Program-made: the position numbers and the translations under genes
The notes under the pieces: model-generated
Told to the model about the DNA's origin: nothing
Database searches by the model: none
What the model saw: the letters and a program-made list of their open reading frames with translations, nothing else
NCBI GenBank assembly: GCA_048013815.1
Contig: CM106586.1
Location: 4,650,001-4,714,000 of the forward strand
Reading direction: 5' to 3'
DNA length: 64,000 nt
Source of the DNA: Setoptus koraiensis
Lineage: Eukaryota > Animalia > Arthropoda
Shown here: piece by piece, positions 45,802 through 61,400 of the stretch
Layout of the letters: every line of letters starts with the position of its first letter
Position numbering within the stretch: the first letter of the stretch is position 1

Positions 45802-47109
45802 ATGTCGGGGGAAATAGATCCCCCGATCATCTATGGATTGGAGCATCAATGCAGAGCTCTAGCTTCGTTGACGTTGAATGATGAAAACGCTTCGAGATTC
45901 GTAGTTGGAACCCAATCTCTCAGAAACGATAATCTAATTTATTTATTTGAATATACTGAGGAAAGCAACACACTTACCAACATGATTTTCAAGCATCCCT
46001 TTGGCGAAATTTGGCACTTAGCTAGTTGCGCCCAGCATCCTAATCTTCTGACAGCTGTGATATCAAATCAACGCCAACACGAAGTCATACTGCTCCGATT
46101 TTCTCACGATATAACTGGACCAATGACTGACGATGATGGGTTATCAAATCCTGAAATGGAGAAAGTTGCGACCTTCGTGACTGCCAACAGCGGGTCTCAA
46201 CCGGACGATCACCTCACGCGACAATGTCTCTGGCAACCTGAAGATGGTAGTCAAATTCTAACTTGCAACGGTGCTGTTTTAAATATATGGGATGCTGAAA
46301 CACAAAAAGAAGTAGTCAGTCTACCTCTCCTAGAAGTACCTCTTTACAGTATCAATTCTGACTGGTCCAAGATAACAAATTCAATCTCAAGTCTAAGGTG
46401 GTCACCACATTCTAACTGCAATGTTGTGACTGTATCAACAGGACCGCACGTTTTAGCTTTAGATGTCAGAATATCGAGTAAGAGTCAGAGCAGTATTTGT
46501 TTCGCATTGGAGGATGCTCATGATCAAATGGTTCGTTCGATGGATTTCAATCCTAACTCGCAATACTATTTAGCAACCGGAGGCGATGATTGTAGAGCAA
46601 ATTTTTGGGATTTGCGCAAGAGGACCAGTCCATGCATGTCCATGTTGAATCACACTCACTGGATCTGGAGTGTTCGATACAATCCATTTCACGATCAGCT
46701 TGTTCTCACAAGCGGCAGTGATACAAGAGTATCACTAATACGAATGCAATCAATAGCTTCTGAGCCTTTTGGTCACTTGTTAGAAGACGATGACTTAGAT
46801 GAGACATGTTCTACCGTTCCAGACAAAGATGTCGACTCGGATCAATCTGATGATGCCGACAATGAAGTTCACCAGGATCAACCGGATGAAGCATTTCAAG
46901 GTGTTGAAAATACAGATACCAGTGCTAAGGTCAATCGTGATCGACAAATTCTACCTGATGAAGTTTTAAATATATACGAAGATCACGATGATTCTGTTTA
47001 TGTTGCAGAGTGGGCAAGTGATCCATGGATTTTTGTGTCATTGGGTTTCGAAAGTAGACTGGTGTTAAACAAAGTTCCAAAAGCAGAGAAATTCAACATT
47101 CTATTTTGA
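45802..47109 (+). CDS. EIPR1: EARP/GARP-interacting WD40 protein EIPR1 (TSSC1), intronless
   Basis: PPIIYGLEHQCRAL, RFVVGTQSL, HPFGEIWHL, AHDQMVRSMDFNPNSQYYLATGGDDC, HTHWIWSVRYNPFHDQL.LTSGSD and EDHDDSVY.AEW...PWIF.SLG...RL. The start could be ATG 45802 or 45778. Confidence 0.9.
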   Translation: MSGEIDPPIIYGLEHQCRALASLTLNDENASRFVVGTQSLRNDNLIYLFEYTEESNTLTNMIFKHPFGEIWHLASCAQHPNLLTAVISNQRQHEVILLRFSHDITGPMTDDDGLSNPEMEKVATFVTANSGSQPDDHLTRQCLWQPEDGSQILTCNGAVLNIWDAETQKEVVSLPLLEVPLYSINSDWSKITNSISSLRWSPHSNCNVVTVSTGPHVLALDVRISSKSQSSICFALEDAHDQMVRSMDFNPNSQYYLATGGDDCRANFWDLRKRTSPCMSMLNHTHWIWSVRYNPFHDQLVLTSGSDTRVSLIRMQSIASEPFGHLLEDDDLDETCSTVPDKDVDSDQSDDADNEVHQDQPDEAFQGVENTDTSAKVNRDRQILPDEVLNIYEDHDDSVYVAEWASDPWIFVSLGFESRLVLNKVPKAEKFNILF

Positions 47110-47875
47110 TCAAAAAATAAAAAAATTTAGTCGAGAAAATATTACCTACATTATTGTTGATATCATGAGTGGGTTATAACATAGATAGGAAAAGCTCACC
47201 AAGACAGATATATAAGATATAGATGATAAAAGTTTAAACCGTTGTATGTTGGCGTTCTAGTAAGCTCCGTTCGGTTCTGTCTAAACAGACTCGCATATAA
47301 GCTATTAAACTTGACCTTTGACTTTGGACGGCCGGACTTAAGCTAAGTTTAGCAGGACTCTGGTACGCAGAGACGGACCATCTCTGTCCAATCGAAGCTT
47401 CTATCCACGGCCGTAGAGATCTTTAACGAACTATGGGAGTGGTGTTAGCGCAGAAGTAGTAGTAGTACTACGACACACTACACCTGGTCGGAGACTTTCC
47501 TCAAACCGAGTCTGACATGATGATGTTGCTCACATAGGAGACATGGCATCCGTCACCGATGGGTCTGTATGCAAGTCGACATCGCCAACAACAGTAGGCT
47601 GATTGGGATCAAAGGCATTTCTACTTATATATACATGTTAGCGATAGATCAACTCTCAACTACAGCTTCCCAGCGCTACGAATAGCGTATTATCGTATAT
47701 TTGGACTTGTTTTATCTTGGCTAAATTATTTTCCATGAATTATGTCAGTCAGAAGTGACCATAAAATTCATAACAAATAAATAATAATGACAATTTAAAT
47801 TTGATTGAGTCTGTGATTTTGGGGCTTTGAGTCACGGAAAACGCCGCAGTGAGGACAATAAATTCGGTTTTATTA

Positions 47876-49026
47876 ATGCCAAAGCAGACCATGAACAGTG
47901 CTACTACAGCTAGTACGACCGCTACTAGAAATACTGCTAGTAATATTCAAAATAATGCAACCACTTTAACAAATATTGAGTAAGTGTCGTAGTGTTGATT
48001 GATTATTGTTATCATTATTATATTTATTATTATTTGATAATAAAATTATTTCCACTCGACGATTATTCTCATCAGATTTTTCTCACTTCCAAATTTTATT
48101 GCGAAAAAAAAAACAGACAACATGGCGCACCCAAACCACCAAAGAAGTGTTATTTGGTGAATAGTCAGACCATGTTGGCTTCTAATGATCTACAACAACA
48201 AGAAACAAAATATAACCAAACGGAGCCAATGATGACGAATGATACTATTGTACCAATATTCTTCGACAAAGTAACCCTCGATAGAATTATAGAGCATGCT
48301 CTCTCCGATAGCAAATCCAGCAACAGTAGCCCATCAAGTGCATTGTACAATGACGACCTCGTCAGTAATATCAATTTGGACCAATCAAATAGTCAACATG
48401 CAATAACAAATAGTTTAAATTTTCCTTTATTGAATAACAGTAGGAACACAAATGAGACGGCTAGTACGCATCTTGGAGTGAATGTGATTGGAACCGCGGA
48501 TTTGTCTATGGCCAGGAAACAATCCATCGATGAGCCTGTCGACTTCTCAATGAATCGAACATATGAAGCAACCAACCAAAAGATAATCAATAATCTTATT
48601 GATAGAATGTTATCGGATTCAAGAGATAGTACATCTTCGCTAACAAACAGCATTTCTCAACCGATGGACCAAGATCCTCAGCCAAACCAGCAACGAATGC
48701 AACAGTCATCCTCGACAATAACTAGCAATGGCACGAAATCCGCTACAAACAATAGCTCTTTCACGAGCAATTCTTCATTAATTGAGGACTTCGATTTAGA
48801 GAGGAAACTCACAGAATTGCCTCTGTTCGAGCTCACTAACGGCAAATTTGAAAGAGTAGACCAGCGCCAGGATGATGGATTGGCAACTCTCGCTGAGGCG
48901 GCTGTAGCGATCCAGCAGCTCCCACGACATCACATACAGCATCAGCACCAACAGAAACATAATCTTCAAACGAACAACGTTCTCCGAGGCTACCCGACTG
49001 TATGTTTGGCTATGACCTCGGATTAG
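47876..49026 (+). CDS. Partial duplicate of bbx (end of exon 2 + exon 3), lacking the HMG box; either a truncated paralog or a young pseudogene
   Basis: Aligns to bbx 42240-43400. The same phase-2 donor (GA|GTAAGT at 47979/47980) can splice in frame to 48117, giving 337 aa. A 119-nt block is identical (48514-48632 = 42884-43002). The bbx codon TAT(Y) corresponds to TGA at 47828, upstream of ATG 47876. Confidence 0.55.
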
Positions 49027-49241
49027 TCTACCTCACATACACAAACCAAACAATTTCAAATTTTTAATGTGCCGTGCGTATTTTGTCATATACAACGCCA
49101 GTATGATTTAAAACCTTTCATCAAGCCACATTATTGCCATCATTATTTAATGAATTCGTAGGAATATGAAATTATATTATTTTATGCTAGCAAGAATCAA
49201 TCCGATATGTATATATACACGCCTCTGTAATAGTGTAGATT

Positions 49242-50279
49242 CTAATGTATCGATATAAGGGCTCCTAACTCATCTGCGTCAATAACAAGTGTTCTTCCAT
49301 CAAAGAAAGCGACTTTCCCTTGTTTGCTCCTTTTTTGTTCTTCTTTGTCTATCTTCTCCAGAGCTACTGGTTTAACAGGAGATTTTCCGACAGAAAAACA
49401 TGTTATTTCTTGTTCCGTGTTCGTGCTTATCCTAAAGTCCTCGAGAGTGCAAAGTAATGGCGACAGTACTATCACTTCATATTCACATGTTGAGGTTTCT
49501 TTGATGGAATATATTTCATGTTTGGTGTCCTCACTACACACATAGAAAACCTTAGACATTCGATTTTTGTTTGTTAAGTCACATTGCGTTCCTGAGGTCA
49601 TGTTTATCCTGACATATGGCCTAGGGTGGCCTTCTACATTGATCGTGGGTCTAGTACCGTGAATTTTGTATTCCTCCATCTGCTTTTCGTATTCTTCTTC
49701 ATATAATTCAAAATCAGACATTTGGAACTTTCCTAGATAGAACTCTTGAGCTATAGAATTTTTGCCAAGTGAATTAGTTGAATGATACTGACGGAGAAAC
49801 TTTCCATGACACAGCTCATAGGTCCAATATTGCTCCAAGCGTTTTGAACAATATCCTCTAGAGAACAACATCTCAAATAGTTGAAAAGGGTTCGCATTGC
49901 GTTTTTCATCTTCGTCATCTTTGGCTGATGAATTGGTAGCCGATTGGTCGTTGATTAAATGAGACGGTGCTCTAGGAACTATGCATTGATATTGCTCATT
50001 CTGGCTGGAAGTTATCGTGACAAAATCATCGAACAATTGGGCCGAGTTGAGCTCCTTCTCAAAATTTTTGCGCTGTTTCGGATCACTTTGGAGAGCTTGA
50101 AGGTGCTCGTCGAGAGGTCCCTTCCAAGCCATTTTGTAGCTATGTCCCGACTCATAATTTAACTCCTGGAGGTAATCTAGGCCCGAATCATGGTGATCTA
50201 GAAAGAACGAGGCGTGAGTAGAGTGAGCGCTGGAGGCAATGAATAAATAGATAGAAAAAATGGCTAGTAAGACAACCAT
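49242..50279 (-). CDS. ERLEC1: ER lectin ERLEC1/XTP3-B-like with a single MRH (PRKCSH) domain, intronless
   Basis: Signal peptide MVVLLAIFSIYLFIASSAHS, then EQYQCIVP and MRH CSKRLEQYWTYELCHGKFLRQYH...EFYLG...GTQCDL...CEYEVIVLSPLLC, followed by EITCFSVGKSPVKP, which matches the region after ERLEC1 MRH1. Confidence 0.82.
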   Translation of the reverse strand: MVVLLAIFSIYLFIASSAHSTHASFFLDHHDSGLDYLQELNYESGHSYKMAWKGPLDEHLQALQSDPKQRKNFEKELNSAQLFDDFVTITSSQNEQYQCIVPRAPSHLINDQSATNSSAKDDEDEKRNANPFQLFEMLFSRGYCSKRLEQYWTYELCHGKFLRQYHSTNSLGKNSIAQEFYLGKFQMSDFELYEEEYEKQMEEYKIHGTRPTINVEGHPRPYVRINMTSGTQCDLTNKNRMSKVFYVCSEDTKHEIYSIKETSTCEYEVIVLSPLLCTLEDFRISTNTEQEITCFSVGKSPVKPVALEKIDKEEQKRSKQGKVAFFDGRTLVIDADELGALISIH

Positions 50280-51278
50280 GTTGAGAACCAAATTTCAAAT
50301 AGACAGAGTTCTACGAGATAAACAATAGCAATGTATAAATATTAAATACTTTGTCATGAATCATCACGCCTCTGACGAAGGCCTTTGCAAAAACATCTGA
50401 TCATCATTTAGCAAACATAGTCATGTTTCTATGCTAACGCTGACAGAATGCTGCGTTGCGAACTGATCGTATTGTATGGTATGGTAGATAGACGCACAAA
50501 CACACGCACACACACACACACACACAGAGAAAGAGAGAGAGAGACACTCACACACACACACATACATACGAATCGTGTGACACAAAAATCGTATGCGAAA
50601 CAATTCCTTAACAACTATCTGGCTTCATTGGTATATTACTGTAATAATTCTACACCTTCTTTTCTTTGCCAATGAAAACATATAGAGCAGAGAATCTATG
50701 CGAATTATTTCGTTGCCATTCAATATTGAGCTCAATTCGACAAATGCAAATTATTCAATACATTTGCACATCTTTTGCCAATAGAATCCTCATAATAACT
50801 AATCAGGAGATACATAAACCTCTCTAGTAGATTGCTGTTATTACTCATTCGAAGAGCATAAATTTATCATTGTATGGATATAAAATATCGCTGGACATCC
50901 ACCGATTTCGATAATAGAAACACTTGTGTTATAATTGTTTGAAATTAAAATTAGAAACAAACATCATTATTACTATTACTGTTATTACTATTATTATCAT
51001 TTTATTATTGAGCCTACCTTACAGAGCAGATGGCCCCGGAGTCAAGATTGGCTTCTATCTACATACGCAGCTGTGTTTCCAAACTGTGGCAAAGGCATTC
51101 CTCTATTGAATAGAATCACTAACATTGGACCATTTATCCAAGACTCATCATATCTATTAGCTCAATACTATCCCTGCCTATGAATTAGAAATAGTCAGTC
51201 ATTAGATCAGGTCAATATCACATTCTCGTTACATCCACATCTACTTAAACTGATTCAAATTCGATATCTTGTACTATT

Positions 51279-54468
<3,190 letters not shown>

Positions 54469-54553
54469 TATTATGACAGCCACAGTTATCAAAAAAAGAA
54501 ACTTAAAGCTAAGCTTACTTAAAAAGTACTATTTAATTATTAATAACTAATCT

Positions 54554-56251
54554 TCATTTCTGGGCGATACTGATCCCCTTTCTGGCTGCCTCCCATTCCA
54601 TTTTCCGTTTATACTGCTTGATAGCGTCGTTGGTGCGATCCATCATCATTTTTTCTGTCAATAGCCCATCTTCCGAAGCATATGTGGTAGCTTGCCAGTC
54701 GGCGGCTAGTTTCGCTATCTCTCGACCGCTCAAACCATCGGTCATGTTAGCTATTCTGTCACAGACCTCGATATAATCAAAGTCGTCCACTTTTATACCT
54801 CTTCTCCTGCGCCTGGCAGCGGGTTCCAAAATATATTTGTCAAAATATAATCTCACTAATCTTTTTCTCTCGTCTAAAGTCGGCGTACCAAACTCAATGA
54901 CTTCATCAATACGATTGTTCACAGCCCAATCAAACTGTTCCGGAGTGTTACTGGTCAATACCAGCATAAACTTGTTGGATTGTTCACCTGTTCTGAATAG
55001 GAACGCACTAAGGGCAGCTTTGAGGTGTTCGCTCATTGACTTGGCGTTTCTTTCACCCAAAAACGAGTCAGCTTCGTCGACAAACAAAAGTAAGCCCCGT
55101 CTAGATGTCTGGGCCCAATTAAATACTTTATGTAAAGCGGTGACACCTTCGTCGGCCATAGCCAGGACATCGCCTCCGCTCAGCACAGCATAATCCATGC
55201 CAGAATGTTGAGCCAGTTTTTTTGCAAATAATGTTTTACCGGTGCCGGGGGGTCCATAGAACAATACATTCCTGTAAGATCCTTTGTTTCGTTTTGTATT
55301 ACGAGTAGCTATTGCTACATCTCTCAACCTTTCCTCCAGAGATGGACGTAATATGACGCCTTTCAGAGCATCCTCTGGTCGCCTACTGGCATGTAAACGC
55401 CTCGCAGATTGGATCGGATTCTTGAATAAGTCGACAACATTTAACCGGGAAGTTTCTCTAAGTAAGGAGGGCTTACCGATTCTTGACTCAATGGACCTGC
55501 TGACGATAGATATCGAGTGTTTAGCAGTATAAACACCGCCTGCCATCAACGTCAGAGCTAAAGCTGTGGATGTGACTCTATTCCAATCTGTGACGAAATC
55601 TTTCAGGCCAGAACCAATAAGGGAACCTACAGACCCAATTGATTCAAGTACTGTAACACGAGTTTCCGCAGCTTTAGTCTTAATTTGCTCAAGATAAATG
55701 TCTCTGTTTTCTCGCTCAGCAAGGGCTTTAGCTTTAGCCTTCTTAAGATCAATCTCAGATCGCTTTTCAATCTCATAATCAATTGTGCGTTTCCTTATAG
55801 ACTCTTGTTTAGCAACTGATTCCTCTTGTTTCCTGAGCTGGTCCTCATATCGCTTCCGAGCCAATTGATCTTCATATTGAGCCTTCTGTTGATTGACTTT
55901 GGCTTGTTCAGCTAGTGTCTTGCGCTGTTCCTCATATCTGGATCGTTCCATGCCGGCCTCATACTCTTTGATTTGTTTCTGGATTTCCAGTTGCCTGCTG
56001 TCCTCTTGCTTTTTCATCAGATCAAGCATTTCTTTGGCATGTGGTGATTTTTCCAGTTCCTTGGCCGCCTTGGCAGCCCTCTCCAGTGCTGTGGAATCAA
56101 ACCTATATTGAGTGGCCAATTGTTTGTCACCCTTGTCATCAGGGCCGGATCCTCGTTGGCCCCCGCCCGAGGTGCCCATCAAGTTGGTGAATTGATTTAA
56201 TGTATCATCAGGAGGCGGTTTATTTGAGCTGGAACCGAAACCCCAGACCAT
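54554..56251 (-). CDS. ATAD3A: Mitochondrial AAA+ ATPase ATAD3 (belphegor), intronless, 565 aa
   Basis: FDSTALERAAKAAKELE N-terminal motif, coiled coil, RIGKPSLLRETSR, Walker A GPPGTGKT and Walker B LLFVDEAD. Confidence 0.95.
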   Translation of the reverse strand: MVWGFGSSSNKPPPDDTLNQFTNLMGTSGGGQRGSGPDDKGDKQLATQYRFDSTALERAAKAAKELEKSPHAKEMLDLMKKQEDSRQLEIQKQIKEYEAGMERSRYEEQRKTLAEQAKVNQQKAQYEDQLARKRYEDQLRKQEESVAKQESIRKRTIDYEIEKRSEIDLKKAKAKALAERENRDIYLEQIKTKAAETRVTVLESIGSVGSLIGSGLKDFVTDWNRVTSTALALTLMAGGVYTAKHSISIVSRSIESRIGKPSLLRETSRLNVVDLFKNPIQSARRLHASRRPEDALKGVILRPSLEERLRDVAIATRNTKRNKGSYRNVLFYGPPGTGKTLFAKKLAQHSGMDYAVLSGGDVLAMADEGVTALHKVFNWAQTSRRGLLLFVDEADSFLGERNAKSMSEHLKAALSAFLFRTGEQSNKFMLVLTSNTPEQFDWAVNNRIDEVIEFGTPTLDERKRLVRLYFDKYILEPAARRRRRGIKVDDFDYIEVCDRIANMTDGLSGREIAKLAADWQATTYASEDGLLTEKMMMDRTNDAIKQYKRKMEWEAARKGISIAQK

Positions 56252-57207
56252 TGTTGCGGTTTGTCGAGTTTAAGTGGATGAAGAAGGAAAAATAATAAAT
56301 GGGGAGCCAGATTGATTTTCGGTATACGAATGGCGTGTAGAGAACGATGTGCAGTGATTTAAACTGCATCGAAAGCAGCGATGCAACCAAAAACGTGCCA
56401 TGACCACATTGTTTTGTAGCGAGCACGCATGCGTCTGTTCGAAATTTGCAAGTTTTGGCGCCGGATTTGATACTCCAAACCATGTCATGGTTACCATTGC
56501 ATGGTTACCATAACCAAACTTGATCAAAACTTGGTCAACAACCAATCTCAATTTGTTGATAGTCAAGTTCGCCAATTAGTCACATTTCGTCGATATATCG
56601 GTCACAAGTGTCCGATATGAACTTGTCGGCACCTCTGTTGTGCAAGTTACAAGAGAGCTGTACTCTGGCAAGTTGTTGTTACAGGTTTGCTAAGAGTTAA
56701 GCAAGGTCTAACGAAACAGTCGTTTCTTCGTCGTGCGATCTATATGTAAATTAATGATTCTATGATACACATCTAAATCACTGTTACAACAATGAGTAAC
56801 TATCGTTTGCATTGATAATCATCAAATGAATACTGTATTGTTGTTATCTACAAGTTGGCATTACCAGCAGATGCTCTGCATTGAATAATAATAACAATAT
56901 GGTGGTGGTGGTGATAGGAAATGTGAAAATTAACTTAATAAGATAAAGAGTAAAAGTGGATATTGCGGCGGCCGCCTAATAACAACAAGTAACACATATA
57001 AAGTGAGAGACAGACAGACAGACGGAGAGAAGTTAAAGTGAGAGAGCCATGGTCAGAATCATTAATCATGATAACTTGACATGCAAACAGCCAGACGTAT
57101 TTTATTTTCATAATGAGCACTAACAACAACCCAAAGCCACTGATATCTGTGTTGGACATGTTGACTTACTGTTTGTGTTTAGTTTGTCGAGATATTACAG
57201 CAGCAGC

Positions 57208-57244
<37 letters not shown>

Positions 57245-59319
57245 GACAACAAGTTTGATAATAGATTTGAACTAGAATCGGCATCATCAGCATTGTTGTT
57301 GTGTATCACACCAGTTTTGCTTGTAATGATTGAAGTTTACTTTAATTATTATTAACAAGCGTGCATTTTCCACTTTCATTGGCTTCTTTAAGCCAGATTT
57401 GAATAGCTAAGTTGCCAATGGAGGAGAGTTGCTAATAGTTGATAGTTAACAGTTAAGGTTTGCTGTCTAAAATTTGCATTATTATTGTGCCACCAAGAGG
57501 AAAGATTTCATTTCAGTTATCAATCGTTGGCGATCTAGCAAGCCAACGTCATGCAGCCAATGGGGGCGAGCAAACACATAAGGCCTGCATTTAGCCGTAA
57601 TCGATGGTTTCTAGGAATTGTATTGGCCACTGTTGCTGTTGTTGGCTAGTCTCTAACATGGCCAGTCTACTAGCCAGTCTAAACAGACTGGCACATTCAG
57701 CCTATTTAGCCTTGTTCTCGTTGTTTCTTTTTTTTATCCTCTGCCCTCCAATCATTGAATTCATTTGAGATCTTGATTAGTGATTATAATTGAAGCGTCG
57801 TTCCAATATCTTTGTAGTTGCTGTTGTGGTGCTGTTAAGTCTTTTGAATCGGTCCAACAGCCGTAGCACGTCGCAACAGCGACCAACCAGCCGAGCTGAT
57901 TCGACATTGAAATGTTGTTAATCTTAATTTAGTCTATCAGTTGAATTAGAATCAAATGGAATTTCCATATTTATAAATGAGTAAGTGAGCAAGTGAGAGT
58001 CGCCGGTTAAGCGACCGGCCCTCGACAGCAGTCCAGTTATATCTATTGGCTGCTGCTGCAATAGTTGCGTTAGTTGAGCCAATCAGCATCACTAAATTTG
58101 GGTTTGTCAGTAGCAATCAGTTTCAGTTTGTATTTCGCTTCTAGTTGGTTAGTTTAAGTTTGTAACAATTTGTATAAGCCAATATATAAGATAAAATGAG
58201 CGAGTGAAATGATGTTGAAACATGATAAACAAAGGCGCGAACGTAAATGCTTGTTAGTTGTTGGTAGATTTAGAGAAAAGAACCGGCTAAATTGCTGATG
58301 GTGTTGATAAGAGAGAGAGAGGGATCGAGCGACCGTTATTGATTTGACGCTGCGAATAATAGCCTGTGAGCGAGAATAATCTGAACACACAACTTTGATG
58401 AGATCAGGATACGACGCTGACTAATTATCGTCACGGCTCATTATCGCCAATAATAACACACAAGGCAAACATATCGATGCTGATTAGTTGTTTAGCTTTT
58501 GTTTAGCTAAAATTTTTGTTCTTGTTATTGGGTACAATGTTGTTAAGCCGCCTTTCATTCATCTCATCTCATTTCTAATCATTCATTTTTGCTGTTGCGT
58601 TGTCCCGATTACTCTGATTTGTTGTGCGTTCGTCCCTCTGGTCTGAAAATTATCATTATCAATAATAATAATAACAATATTTGGCCAGTAATACAGTAAT
58701 AAGAGTAACAAAGTCGCTGATTTGTTTATTATCGGCAGCAGTTATGCGCGCGGACAATTGGCGCGTCGAAACTAGGGCCATCATCGATTCCTAATTTGTC
58801 GATAGATTGCTGCCTTTATATGAGCATTGGATTATTGTCTTGAACTTGAGCTCGTTATGTCGCTTGTGTATCGCGTCGAGATTGAGCCAACACAGTCGAG
58901 ATGAGTCCGATAGTGGATGTAGTTCAATGTTGAAATAAGTGAGCCGTGTCGTGAAAAGTCGATTCGCGAGCATCGATTTATTTGGAATGCAAGCACGCAC
59001 GTACCATGCTGAAATAGAGCAGTCTGGGTTCCAATTAACGGCCTAATGAGAGCTCTGAATTGACACAACCACAGCCTGCAAACTTTTAGACTTTCAGTGT
59101 GTGTATAAACTATTAAAATGAGTGATAATTATTTGCAATTTATAACCACTTGACTTTAGAGTGGTTGCATCTAAGTGCAAGTGAGGGCCCACTTGCCAAC
59201 TTGATTGCTCGCTTATTTTTATGCATCATCATCATGGTTGGATCGGACCGGATCAGATCGGATCGATAATGGCGAGATTGTTTGGTTCGTTCAATGAGCA
59301 GTCGTCAATTGCTCGTTTG

Positions 59320-59389
59320 CTTCACTCGAATTGGCGTTCGCTTCACTCGAATTGGCGTTCGCTCGGCGTTCGCTCGGCGTTTGCTCGGC
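59320..59389. repeat. Nested minisatellite: 21-nt x2 decaying into 11-nt x2.5
   Basis: cttcactcgaattggcgttcg x2, then ctcggcgtt[c/t]g repeats. Confidence 0.9.
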
Positions 59390-61095
59390 CTGGCTTCGCT
59401 TGGACCGGAGTGGCACGACCGCCGCACCAGGACTAGCGCGCAAATTAATGAAATTAAATTATATTTGTCCCAATAAGTCCTGATCACAAAGGCATGATAA
59501 CGACGCGACGCGACCCGACCCGACCCTTGCGCGACACTGTGCTCAAGCGAGCGTTGGCTTTGGCAAGATAAAAATAAATATAAAATATTAATAATCATAA
59601 TCATTAAACAACATCAGCTGATATTAGACATTCAGAATATTCACAGCATTGCGAGCATTGAGAGCATTCAGAATAGAAACCAATATAAACACACTGACTG
59701 CGAATGGGAGATTGCAAAAAGAATGCAATGTCATGTGTGCATATGTAAATGTAAATAATGTGAATATCATGTGCAATTGTTGGCTGGTGCCGAAGAGCAA
59801 TCGAGTCAGTTTGTTAGTTTGTTTGTGTGTCTTGTCGAGATAATTAGGACAGCGCGTACGCGAGTGACCATGTTTGCTTCGCGCAAGTTTATTGGGCAGC
59901 ACACACCGACATGCAGACTGACATGCAGATTGTGAGTAGTTAGCGGCTGGCAAGCTAGCTGGCTAACGATTAAAATACACATTGTATAACTGTAGCGGGC
60001 GTTGAAACAGTCGACAACAGCGACGGCAACGACAACAACGACAACGGCGACGCCAACGACAACAATGACGCCGACAGCAGCGACAACAAGACCAAGACAA
60101 GCCATTAGTGTGCAGTTAGGCCGACAAACGAGCTTGTGTCGTAAAGTGTCTAAATTGAACTAATGGCGAAACCGAAATGTCACTACAATGCCACCATCAC
60201 TGGCATATTGGTTGCTCTCAGAGCGCGCGTCTTGGCGAGCCGTTTGCGTTGTCGTTGTCGTCGTCGTTGTTGTCGTCGTCGTTGTTGTCGTTGGCCTGTG
60301 GCGCCAGTCGCTTGTCGTTCATTTTATCGATTCGAGCGCGCGATCTAGCCAACGCTCGTCAGCTCGTTGTCGGCCGGCCCGTTACTCGTTAGCTGGCTTA
60401 CACAATGTCAGTGGCTGGCTGGCTGGCTGGCTGGCTCGTTGTCGGTTTGGGGTGAATTGGCGAACCTTCAAGGAAGCTCCTTTATTTGGCTGGCAATCTT
60501 GTGTAACAATCGCAACATACGCACAATGTAACAGGACGCATTGTCCGTGTTTGTGTGTGTGTGTTTATTATTAGAAATGGTGCAAATATTGGTTAGTGGC
60601 ATTATTACTATTATTATTATATTATTAATCGCTGCCAGTTTGCAACGACAGCTACAAGTGGCGGCACGAGCCCAGTTGTTGCTACAACAGCAACAGGTTG
60701 CTGCGAGTTGCAACTTGCAGCCGAGTTGGCACAAGTCGGCACAAGTGGCAAGCGAGCTCGTTCCATTGCGCCAATCTGTGTCGCTGTGTCGCTCGCAATC
60801 GAGTCTCGATCGCCAGTTGGCACGATCTCTCCAACTGTCAAGGTTGACAATTTCAATTATTGATCTGGCTGACATGTTTATCAGGCGGCGGCAGATAGCG
60901 TCCATAAACGGTGCACAGCGCGCTGGCAATTGGATACCTGGCCAATTAATTTGATTGGCACAACAGCTCGCTGGCAAGCGACTGTGTTGCGCGATGAGCT
61001 ATTTGTGTGTTTTGCATATTGACAAATAGCCAGCCGGCAACAATGCATGCCATTGACGACACGCTAATAATACACTGTTCGCAGGCACAGAAAAA

Positions 61096-61400
61096 GTTGT
61101 GTCGATTGTTGTTGTGCCGATTGTTGTTGTGCCGATTGTTGTTGTGCGCCAACAACAAAACCGTTTGTCTGACAGCCAAGCGAGTGCCTGTACACACCCA
61201 ACAATGACAATGATCTTGGCGAATAAGAACTCGGCTGACATTGACTTTTCGAGGCGCATTGTCGCGAGCGCCACTCGAGCCGCCGAGATTCACCCGTGAA
61301 TTTGTGCGAGCAAAACGCGATATCGCTCGCCTATTCACGCTATCGCTCGCCTATTCACGATATCACTCGCGAATTCGCGCCATCGCTCGCGAACTCACCT
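61096..61400. repeat. 15-nt x3 array and 20-nt x4 degenerate array
   Basis: gttgtg[t/c]cgattgtt x3 (61096-61140); tatcgctcgcctattcacg[c/a]-type unit x4 (61321-61400). Confidence 0.9.

Noticed and set aside
56486-56511. Doubled catggttaccat upstream of ATAD3 (similar tggttacca upstream of TMEM199) as a shared promoter motif
   Set aside because: Only two loci, and it is absent from the other promoters in the window; insufficient evidence.
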